Assembly: GCA_964366055.1 (NCBI GenBank)
Contig: CAYISE010000001.1
Location: 1-57,082 of the forward strand
From: an uncultured Candidatus Saccharibacteria bacterium
Lineage (GTDB): Bacteria > Patescibacteriota > Minisyncoccia > UBA6257 > GWB1-50-10
Direction of reading: 5' to 3'
DNA length: 57,082 bases
Shown here: positions 50,924-57,082 of the stretch, piece by piece
How the letters are laid out: each line of letters starts with the position of its first letter
Numbering within the stretch: the stretch's first letter is position 1
Position numbers and translations under genes: made by a program
The notes under the pieces: generated by a model
Told to the model about the DNA's origin: nothing
What the model saw: the letters and a program-made list of their open reading frames with translations, nothing else
Database searches by the model: none

Positions 50924-52312
50924 TCAACTATTTAAAATCTCTCCTAGAATTTTCAAAGCGCGGTTTAATTCTTCTTGCGACGTCATTTTACCAAAACTGA
51001 AACGCAAACTCCCCCTTACCCTTTCCGGAGAAAGACCAAGCGCTTGCAAAACGTATGACGGGGAATACGAACGAGCCGAGCAAGCCGAACCGGATGAAAC
51101 GGCCACGCCGGCCAAGTCCAGTTTAATCAGCAGGTCACCCGCAAATTCCGTGGGAAAATAAATATTCAGAATGTGCGGCGTTTTTGAGTCGCCGTTTGTC
51201 TCCGCTTCCGGATAGGATTTCTTGAGGCCGCGCCAGAAGTGATTTTTGAGTGACTCAACTTTTTTCGCGTTTCCTTTTCTTTCTCTCACGGCTAATTCCG
51301 CCGCCTTCGCAAAGCCGACGATTAAAGGAACGTTCTCCGTGCCGGAACGGAGGCCGAACTCCTGGCCGCCGCCCGTTATTATCGGAGCGATAAAATCGCT
51401 TCCAAAATTTTGATTTTTCACGAACAGCGCGCCGATTCCCTTCGGCCCGTAAATCTTCTGGCCGGAGAGCGTCATTAAATCCACGCCTAGTTTCTTAATA
51501 TCGCAGTCAAAATAATTTAAGGCCTGGGCGGCGTCGGTGTGCACCAGCGGATAACCGCTGGAATTTTTAATTTTTAATTTCCAATTTCTAATCAATTCGG
51601 AAATTTCTGCAATGGGCTGGACGCTCCCGATTTCATTGTTCACGTACATCACCGAGACCAAAATCGTCTTTTCATCCAGGGCTTCCTTTATTTTTTTAAC
51701 ACTAACCACTCCGTTTTTATCCACCGGAATATAAACCACTTCCGCTCCGCCTTTTTCCAAATCCCGCGCCGTCTCCAAAACCGATTCGTGTTCAATGCTA
51801 CTGATAATTATTTTGGGTTTTAAAAAAATATTCGGATTAGGCGGCGCGATTTGTTTTGAGCGGAATGCCTCGGAGTCGCGGCGAGCTTGGTCGCGAGCGG
51901 AGCGAGTGTCGCCGCGACGAGAGCCAAGAGAGTCGCTCGCCGCTGGAGCGAGCGAACTCTCGGTTCCGCGAGAAATAAAACGCGCCGCCTTTACCACGCC
52001 CCGCAGAACCAGATTGTTCGCCTCCGTCGCCGAGCCGGTAAAAATGATTTCTCTGAAATCCGCGTTAATGGCTTTCGCAATCGTCTCCCGCGCCTTATCC
52101 ACCGCGCCGAGCGCCGTCTGGCCGAAAGAATGGAGCGAGCCCGGATTCCCGAACTTATCGCTGAAATACGACTCCATCGCCTCCACCACCGCCGGGTCCG
52201 CCGGCGTAGAAGCGGCGTAGTCCAAATACACCCCCACACCTTTTTGATGTTGAGTATTGTTTGAACTTTGAGAGTTATTTAAGGTGGGGGGGTAAATCCT
52301 TCTGGGTTTCAT
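50924..52312 (-). CDS. cysteine desulfurase (NifS/IscS, class V aminotransferase) carrying a roughly 50-aa insertion
   Basis: 462 aa. YLDYAASTP, FTGSATEANN, SSIEHESV, the PLP-Lys region LSGQKIYGPKGIGAL and the active-site region SSGSACSA. Between LVLRGVV and KIIISS there are 59 aa, where E. coli IscS (recalled from memory) has 8. Confidence 0.85.
   Translation of the reverse strand: MKPRRIYPPTLNNSQSSNNTQHQKGVGVYLDYAASTPADPAVVEAMESYFSDKFGNPGSLHSFGQTALGAVDKARETIAKAINADFREIIFTGSATEANNLVLRGVVKAARFISRGTESSLAPAASDSLGSRRGDTRSARDQARRDSEAFRSKQIAPPNPNIFLKPKIIISSIEHESVLETARDLEKGGAEVVYIPVDKNGVVSVKKIKEALDEKTILVSVMYVNNEIGSVQPIAEISELIRNWKLKIKNSSGYPLVHTDAAQALNYFDCDIKKLGVDLMTLSGQKIYGPKGIGALFVKNQNFGSDFIAPIITGGGQEFGLRSGTENVPLIVGFAKAAELAVRERKGNAKKVESLKNHFWRGLKKSYPEAETNGDSKTPHILNIYFPTEFAGDLLIKLDLAGVAVSSGSACSARSYSPSYVLQALGLSPERVRGSLRFSFGKMTSQEELNRALKILGEILNS
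51850..51975. repeat. GC-rich hairpin repeat embedded in-frame in the cysteine desulfurase gene
   Basis: Hairpins are GTCGCGGCGA...TCGCCGCGAC (10 bp) and GAGAGT-CGCTCGC-cgctgga-GCGAGCG-a-ACTCTC. It shares CTTGGTC.CGAGCG.AGCGAG and GCCGCTGGAGCGAGCG with 35750-35830. Confidence 0.7.
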
Positions 52313-52313
52313 A

Positions 52314-52886
52314 TTATTTCTTGCCTCCTAGACCATTCAGGAGATTTTCCACAATTTCTTTCCCCCTCGGATTCTCCCCGCAAGCAACCAGCAACTTGAT
52401 AAGTTTTTTGCGGTGGCCCCACGAAAGCGCGGCGCCCTCCGATTCCGCGGTCTTCCCGTCCGGCAGTTTGTTCAATGAAAAAAATTTCGTCTTTTCAATC
52501 GCTTCGTCTCTCGCCGCGTTCGCCGCCGGTTTTAAATCCGCTTCGGTAACCACCAGAAAAAAACAATCTTCGTGAAATTGGGGAGCGCCGGGGCGGTCCG
52601 AAGGAATTCGGATGGAGACCGAAAGTCCCAAATCAATCAGATGTTCGTCAAAGGTAAGACCGGATTCTTCTTCAAATTCGCGGTGCGCCGTCGCGGCAAG
52701 GCCTCCATCTTTTTGCGGGTCAAAATGGCCCATCGGCATTTTCCAAATCCTATCTTCAACAAAAACACCACCGGTTTTTTGAAGATTTTTCTCGCCCGCC
52801 TTCTGCAGAATCAGAAGCAGTCGCGACTCGTTGTCCTTGAACCAAATGCAAGCGACACCCGCCGAATAACTGACGTCGTCCTTCAT
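52314..52886 (-). CDS. NUDIX hydrolase
   Basis: 190 aa. Nudix box GHFDPQKDGGLAATAHREFEEESGL. Confidence 0.75.
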   Translation of the reverse strand: MKDDVSYSAGVACIWFKDNESRLLLILQKAGEKNLQKTGGVFVEDRIWKMPMGHFDPQKDGGLAATAHREFEEESGLTFDEHLIDLGLSVSIRIPSDRPGAPQFHEDCFFLVVTEADLKPAANAARDEAIEKTKFFSLNKLPDGKTAESEGAALSWGHRKKLIKLLVACGENPRGKEIVENLLNGLGGKK

Positions 52887-52888
52887 CC

Positions 52889-53173
52889 CTATCTCTCTTT
52901 AAGGCGTTTTTCAACGAATGTCAAAAAAAGATTTACCAAACCATCCAGTGCGTCGTCAAACGAGCGCCGCGCTTCGGGATTCGCCGCCTTGCTCGGTATC
53001 ATGCCGCGCACGGCAAGCAGATGAGGGCCCTCTTCTTCCCGCGCGTCCTTTTCTCCGAAAACCAACGCGCGCACTTCTTCAACAAGAATCACCTTTGCCT
53101 GCGGCACTACTTTCTGGAATTCCTTAAATTCTTTTTGACTCAACGCGGGATACTTTGGCAAGTCCTCTTTCAT
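52889..53173 (-). CDS. hypothetical small protein
   Basis: 94-aa ORF tightly packed between flanking minus-strand genes, with no recognisable motif. Confidence 0.4.
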   Translation of the reverse strand: MKEDLPKYPALSQKEFKEFQKVVPQAKVILVEEVRALVFGEKDAREEEGPHLLAVRGMIPSKAANPEARRSFDDALDGLVNLFLTFVEKRLKER

Positions 53174-53189
53174 CTTTTTATTATATCAA

Positions 53190-53735
53190 TTAATATCTCG
53201 GATTTTCTTCCCTGATTCTTTTTTTATGATTCGCGTACCGGGCGAGGGCGAAAAACAAACTGGAGAGCCGATTCAAAAACTGAAGTAACGCCGGGGAAAG
53301 TTTTTTACTTCTGTTGAATTTCACCGCCGCCCGCTCCGCCCGCCGCGCCATCGCCCGCGCGATATCCAGCCGCGCCGAGAGCTCACTCCCGCCCGGGAGG
53401 ATGAATTTCCGAAGCGGCGGCATTTTTTTATCCACACTCCTGATTGTCCTCTCAATCTCCCCGGTCCTTCCCGCGTCAATCTTTCTGAAGCCCCCGACTT
53501 CGTATCCGAAACCGATTACCGCCACCTCGGCTTGAACGATAAAAAGGTTTTGCTGAACTATTTTAAGAATTCCAGCCAGGTCTTTTCTCGCCTCCACGCG
53601 CGCGAGTCCCGTCCAGGAATTTAGTTCGTCCAAATCGCCGAGCAGGTCAAAAAGAGCGTTATCCTTAGGCAATTTCTTCTTGCCAAAATAACTTTGCCCT
53701 TTGTCCCCCCGGCCGGTATAGAATTGGGTTTTCAT
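53190..53735 (-). CDS. PduO-type ATP:cob(I)alamin adenosyltransferase (MMAB-like)
   Basis: MKTQFYTGRGDKGQSYF...LGDLDELNSWTG. I chose the start at the ATG at 53735 because the track ORF start (53768) overlaps tRNA-His. Confidence 0.75.
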   Translation of the reverse strand: MKTQFYTGRGDKGQSYFGKKKLPKDNALFDLLGDLDELNSWTGLARVEARKDLAGILKIVQQNLFIVQAEVAVIGFGYEVGGFRKIDAGRTGEIERTIRSVDKKMPPLRKFILPGGSELSARLDIARAMARRAERAAVKFNRSKKLSPALLQFLNRLSSLFFALARYANHKKRIREENPRY

Positions 53736-53741
53736 AAGCGG

Positions 53742-53816
53742 GGTGCCTGATGGGAATTGAACCCACAACCCTCAGATCCACAATCTGATGCTCTAACCAA
53801 TTGAGCTACAGGCACC
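53742..53816 (-). tRNA. tRNA-His (GTG) with genome-encoded G-1
   Basis: The manual fold of the reverse complement is G-GTGCCTG-TA-GCTC-AATTGGTTA-GAGC-A-TCAGA-TTGTGGA-TCTGA-GGGTT-GTGGG-TTCAATT-CCCAT-CAGGCAC-C. The anticodon loop is TT-GTG-GA. No encoded CCA. Confidence 0.9.
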
Positions 53817-53904
53817 ATTTTAAACTAATCAGATTCTACTCTGATTTAAACCCGAAATGAAGGGGTCCCGGCAATAGTATGCTATATTTTAATAATATCC
53901 AATT

Positions 53905-54555
53905 ATGGGCGGTCTTTTAGACAATCTGGGCGCTCTCGTTTTGCAGTACCCGGCGTGGAGCCATTGGATTATCGCGGCGGGCATCCTCATTCAGGGCGAG
54001 CTGGCTATTTTGGTCTCCGTCTTTTTAATCGCGAATAACAGTTTAAGCTGGGGGGGGTTTATCGTTCCGGCGCTCTCGGCGGCGATTATCGGCGATATCC
54101 TTCTCTATTTTCTCGGCCGCGTTTTAAGAAATACCAGATTCGGCTGGAAATTATACAAAAAAATCAAACACAACCGCCGCGCCCAATTATATTTTTTCTA
54201 CGTGCGGGAAAATGTGAATAAACTCCTTATCGCCTCAAAATTTCTCCTCGGCACGAACATTCTGGCGGTATTCGCCATCAGCTGGTCCAAGGTGAAATTC
54301 AGCAAATTCTTGAAATCCAAGTTCATCGGTTTGCTCCTCTGGTTTTTCCCCATGACCGCCATCGCCTATTTCTTCGCCTCCGGTTTAACCTACCTGCGCT
54401 CCGAAAAAATTTTCCACCAGATGGAAATAGGCGTCGCTATTGTCGTGGTTTTAATCTTCGGCGGAGAATATCTTTTGAGGAGAATAATAAACAAATCTTT
54501 CGGTCTGAAAAGTAAGGCCGAAGAAATCGGCGACGCTCTTAAGGAAAAATTATAA
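53905..54555 (+). CDS. DedA/VTT-domain membrane protein
   Basis: 216 aa. IIAAGILIQGELAILVS...IGDILLYFLGR resembles the DedA-family core. Confidence 0.65.
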   Translation: MGGLLDNLGALVLQYPAWSHWIIAAGILIQGELAILVSVFLIANNSLSWGGFIVPALSAAIIGDILLYFLGRVLRNTRFGWKLYKKIKHNRRAQLYFFYVRENVNKLLIASKFLLGTNILAVFAISWSKVKFSKFLKSKFIGLLLWFFPMTAIAYFFASGLTYLRSEKIFHQMEIGVAIVVVLIFGGEYLLRRIINKSFGLKSKAEEIGDALKEKL

Positions 54556-54873
54556 CGCGTTTATCTTGGCCGCCACGATGAAATCGTTTCCCGACAATCC
54601 GCCGATGGCGTGCGTCCAAAGTTCCATCCTCACTTTACTGTAGAAAATATGAAAATCGGGATGGTGGCCTTCGCTCTCGGCAATGGCCGCCGTTTTATTT
54701 ACGAACGTCATTGCTTCCTTGAAATCTTTGAATTGAAAATCGCGGCTGATTTTTTTGCCGTCATCGGAAATAGTCCAGCCGGGCGTCTGTTTCAATAGGA
54801 TTTCCGCCTCAACTTTATTTAGCGGCGGCGCATCGCCTTCGCACGCCACGCACTTTTTTTGCGTGAGATCCAT
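54550..54873 (-). CDS. 4a-hydroxytetrahydrobiopterin (pterin-4-alpha-carbinolamine) dehydratase
   Basis: 107 aa. W......I.R.F.FKDF..A..F......IAE.EGHHPD......V...L.TH, the canonical PCD pattern. Confidence 0.85.
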   Translation of the reverse strand: MDLTQKKCVACEGDAPPLNKVEAEILLKQTPGWTISDDGKKISRDFQFKDFKEAMTFVNKTAAIAESEGHHPDFHIFYSKVRMELWTHAIGGLSGNDFIVAAKINAL

Positions 54874-54888
54874 GAATTTACTGAAAAT

Positions 54889-55359
54889 CTATCTCCTCTT
54901 TTTCTCTATTACGATAAGGCGCCGAATGATGGGATTTTTCCGATAAGACAAGAACTTCCCGGAAAAATCAAACCAGACACGTTTAAAAACCTCCAGGTTC
55001 AGTTTACGAATCTTCCCGATTTCCGGATCCTGCAAATAGATATATCGCCTATCCAAGCCGACTGCGACCGAATAGTGGCCGTCGTCATGAGAAAACCAAT
55101 TCACGATCACCGGGATGTCTCGCTTCACATACCGTTTGATATCATTAATGCTCGCATAATCTTTTACTCGTCCCTTAAAACCGAGTTTGACAGAAACACG
55201 GAGTAAATTTTTTGCATCCACACCGCGGGAGCGCGTGGCGCCTGATAGTTTTGCCAGCGCGCTCTCGCTTTTATTGACACCGTAATATCCCAATACCATC
55301 TTGAGCGACGCCGGACCGCAATAACCCGATGTCTGACGGAAGGATTTGATTTTAATCAT
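54889..55359 (-). CDS. stand-alone papain-like cysteine peptidase, C39-like domain
   Basis: MIKIKSFRQTSGYCGPASLKMVLGYYG (Q...C catalytic region) and HDDGHYSVAVG (His). Start set at the ATG at 55359 to avoid tRNA-Phe. Confidence 0.6.
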   Translation of the reverse strand: MIKIKSFRQTSGYCGPASLKMVLGYYGVNKSESALAKLSGATRSRGVDAKNLLRVSVKLGFKGRVKDYASINDIKRYVKRDIPVIVNWFSHDDGHYSVAVGLDRRYIYLQDPEIGKIRKLNLEVFKRVWFDFSGKFLSYRKNPIIRRLIVIEKKRR

Positions 55360-55363
55360 TTTG

Positions 55364-55435
55364 TGCCGCGGGGGTGAATCGAACACCCGACACGTCGCTC
55401 TTCAGGCGACTGCTCTGCCACTGAGCTACCACGGC
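55364..55435 (-). tRNA. tRNA-Phe (GAA)
   Basis: The manual fold is GCCGTGG-TA-GCTC-AGTGGCA-GAGC-A-GTCGC-CTGAAGA-GCGAC-GTGTC-GGGTG-TTCGATT-CACCC-CCGCGGC-A. The anticodon is GAA. No encoded CCA. Confidence 0.9.
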
Positions 55436-55493
55436 GATTCATTTCGTTTTCAAGAGCAATTCAATTATAATCAAATTGCCTTATTGGTCAAAA

Positions 55494-56189
55494 ATGTCCG
55501 AACAAACTCTTCTCAAAGTGGAAAATCTTTCCGTGATTCTTGATAAGCAAAAAATCATCAAGGATGTTTCTTTTGAACTGAAAAAAGAGGAGGTGCTGGC
55601 GATTGTGGGCCCGAACGGCGCGGGAAAATCGGTGCTCTTGAAAACTCTGCTGGGACTCTTCCCTCTCGCGAGCGGAAAAATTGAGTGGGCGCCCGGCGTC
55701 ACCTGCGGTTATCTCCCCCAGCGATTTCATATTGAGAATTATCTCCCGATGACGGTGGAGGAATTTTTGAAACTGAAACCGAGTCCGAAATATTCCATCA
55801 ATGAGGTGCTGAAATTGGTTGAAATAGACAAACATTGGCTCAATAAAAATCTGGCGACATTTTCCAGCGGCCAGCTCCAGAAAATTTTGCTCGCTTGGGC
55901 GATTATTGACCAGCCGCAGATTCTACTCTTTGACGAGCCGACCGAAAATGTGGACGTGGTGGCGCAGGAATCAATCTACGATCTCCTGCATCATCTTCAG
56001 GATACCCTGCGTATCGCTTCAATAATAATTTCGCATGACCTGACCGTCGTTTACCGCTACGCCAATCAGGTTCTTTGTCTGAACCACGCAATGACCTGCT
56101 ACGGCGAACCGCGGGAGATACTGACCACTAAAACCCTCTCCGAACTTTACGGCGACCACGCTTTTTTCCACCATCATCATTTTAACTAA
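55494..56189 (+). CDS. metal (Zn/Mn) ABC transporter ATP-binding protein, ZnuC-like
   Basis: Walker A GPNGAGKSVLLKTL, signature FSSGQLQK, Walker B ILLFDEPT and a C-terminal His-rich tail HAFFHHHHF. Start at the ATG at 55494. Confidence 0.85.
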   Translation: MSEQTLLKVENLSVILDKQKIIKDVSFELKKEEVLAIVGPNGAGKSVLLKTLLGLFPLASGKIEWAPGVTCGYLPQRFHIENYLPMTVEEFLKLKPSPKYSINEVLKLVEIDKHWLNKNLATFSSGQLQKILLAWAIIDQPQILLFDEPTENVDVVAQESIYDLLHHLQDTLRIASIIISHDLTVVYRYANQVLCLNHAMTCYGEPREILTTKTLSELYGDHAFFHHHHFN

Positions 56190-56199
56190 AAATTAAATT

Positions 56200-56964
56200 A
56201 TGTCTGACATTTTCATCTATGCCTTAATATCCGGAATTTTCGTGGCGGCGGCGAGCGGACTCACGGGCTCGTTTTTGATTCTCCGCAAAATGTCGCTTTT
56301 ATCCGACGCGCTTTCCCACGTGGCGCTCCCGGGCATCGCGCTGGGAATAGTCCTGAAATTCGCGCCGATTTGGGGCGGCCTCGCTTCTCTCTTTGTCGGC
56401 GTGATTTTAATCTGGCTCATTGAGGCGAAAACCAAACTCGCCACCGAGTCCGTAACCGGCGTACTTTTTGTAACCGCGCTCGCCGTGGGCGCGCTCCTTA
56501 TCCCCGAACAGGATTTATTGGAGGCCTTCTTCGGAAGCGTGGAGAAGATCACCCTGAATCAGATTTTGTTCCAAACCATTCTCGCTATCGCCATTGTCGG
56601 CTTCATCCTTAAATACCTGAAATCGCTCACGCTTTTTTCCATCGCGCCGGATTTAGGAATTTCAATAAAAATCTCGCCGGTAAAAATGCAACTATTGCTC
56701 TTGATTCTGATAGCGCTCACCATCGCGATTGGCATCAGTTTCGTGGGCGTGCTTTTAATCAGCGCGCTTTCCATCATCCCCGCGGCTACCGCCCGGAATC
56801 TGGCGAGCGGCTTCAATTCTTTTATTTACGTTTCCATCGCTCTTTCGGTCTTCTCCCTTACCGGCGGATTGTTAATCGGATATATCCATAACGTTAATCC
56901 CGGCATCGCCACGGTGCTCATCAGCGCGACGTTGTTCGGTTTAAGTTTGCTGAAGAAGAAATGA
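56200..56964 (+). CDS. metal ABC transporter permease (ABC-3 family, ZnuB/MntB-like)
   Basis: 254 aa with about 7-8 TM helices. MSLLSDALSHVALPGIALG is the typical ABC-3 motif. Confidence 0.8.
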   Translation: MSDIFIYALISGIFVAAASGLTGSFLILRKMSLLSDALSHVALPGIALGIVLKFAPIWGGLASLFVGVILIWLIEAKTKLATESVTGVLFVTALAVGALLIPEQDLLEAFFGSVEKITLNQILFQTILAIAIVGFILKYLKSLTLFSIAPDLGISIKISPVKMQLLLLILIALTIAIGISFVGVLLISALSIIPAATARNLASGFNSFIYVSIALSVFSLTGGLLIGYIHNVNPGIATVLISATLFGLSLLKKK

Positions 56965-57082
56965 ATTTTTCCGCGCCCAATTCTAAACTTTGCGCGAACC
57001 CATTTTGAGCGGAACGACTGAACCGCCCCGCCGCCCCACCCAAAACCACGCCCCAACACACAAAACTTTTGTTGGCATTATT

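Noticed and set aside
51795-52264. Plus-strand ORFs (141 and 125 aa) and an alternative-frame minus-strand ORF (82 aa) over the 5' part of the cysteine desulfurase gene
   Set aside because: They are antisense or alternative frames kept open by the GC-rich repeat insertion, with Arg-rich nonsense translations. The NifS/IscS frame carries all the catalytic motifs.
53736-53768. N-terminal extension of the adenosyltransferase ORF (MWVQFPSGTPL)
   Set aside because: It overlaps tRNA-His (53742-53816). The conserved family N-terminus starts at the internal ATG at 53735.
55360-55386. N-terminal extension of the C39-like ORF (MFDSPPRHK)
   Set aside because: It overlaps tRNA-Phe (55364-55435). I used the internal ATG at 55359.
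56826-57082. 77-aa minus-strand ORF and a tiny ATGA-coupled plus-strand ORF after the permease gene
   Set aside because: The minus ORF overlaps the permease 3' end antisense and has Gly/Arg-rich content. The plus ORF is only 15 codons. The last ~120 nt is C-rich and I cannot assign it.

Overview
Family calls below come from reading motifs in the supplied translations and repeats or hairpins in the DNA. No database search, HMM or structure prediction was run. The window is gene-dense, about 50% GC, and mostly coded on the minus strand. Its gene content suggests a small-genome, probably monoderm bacterium, possibly Patescibacteria/CPR (Parcubacteria-like). That taxonomic guess is inference only. 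It rests on peptidoglycan-binding surface proteins, an O-antigen-ligase-like protein with a TPR partner, an IS200-like Y1 transposase, and the absence of obvious outer-membrane genes.

Layout:
(1) Positions 1-37.8 kb form one very large glycan-biosynthesis supercluster. It holds about 9 glycosyltransferases (GT2, GT4, GT9), 8 SDR epimerase/dehydratases, and an NDP-sugar dehydrogenase. It also has a nucleotidyltransferase, a DegT aminotransferase, a NodU/CmcH carbamoyltransferase and 5 methyltransferases, one of them an NDP-hexose C-methyltransferase. Other members are a PDH-E1-like ThDP alpha/beta pair, cupins, an SGNH esterase, 2 NUDIX hydrolases and two paralogous 500-aa polytopic membrane proteins. 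A Wzy_C/O-antigen-ligase-like protein closes the cluster.
(2) Positions 37.9-38.7 kb carry an AT-rich HUH/Y1 (RAYT/IS200-like) transposase gene bracketed by identical REP-like hairpins.
(3) Positions 38.7-44.5 kb encode three secreted cell-surface proteins. One is a 1140-aa S-layer-like protein. One is a peptidoglycan-binding protein interrupted by a frameshift beside a G8 tract.
(4) Positions 44.8-57 kb carry stress and housekeeping genes: clpB with a CIRCE operator, a TrpR-like HTH gene flanked by twin palindromes, htrA, a SIMPL protein, and a cysteine desulfurase with a roughly 50-aa in-frame insertion made of a GC-rich hairpin repeat. The region also has a NUDIX hydrolase, a PduO-type adenosyltransferase, tRNA-His, DedA, pterin carbinolamine dehydratase, a C39-like peptidase, tRNA-Phe and a ZnuBC-like ABC transporter.

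The most unusual signals are these:
- The two GT2 + polytopic-membrane-protein pairs, a candidate uncharacterised GT-C-like family.
- The E1 alpha/beta + CmcI module inside a sugar cluster.
- The GT4 + beta-propeller fusion.
- A GC-rich structured repeat family that occurs both intergenically and in-frame inside a housekeeping gene.
- The homopolymer-interrupted surface protein.
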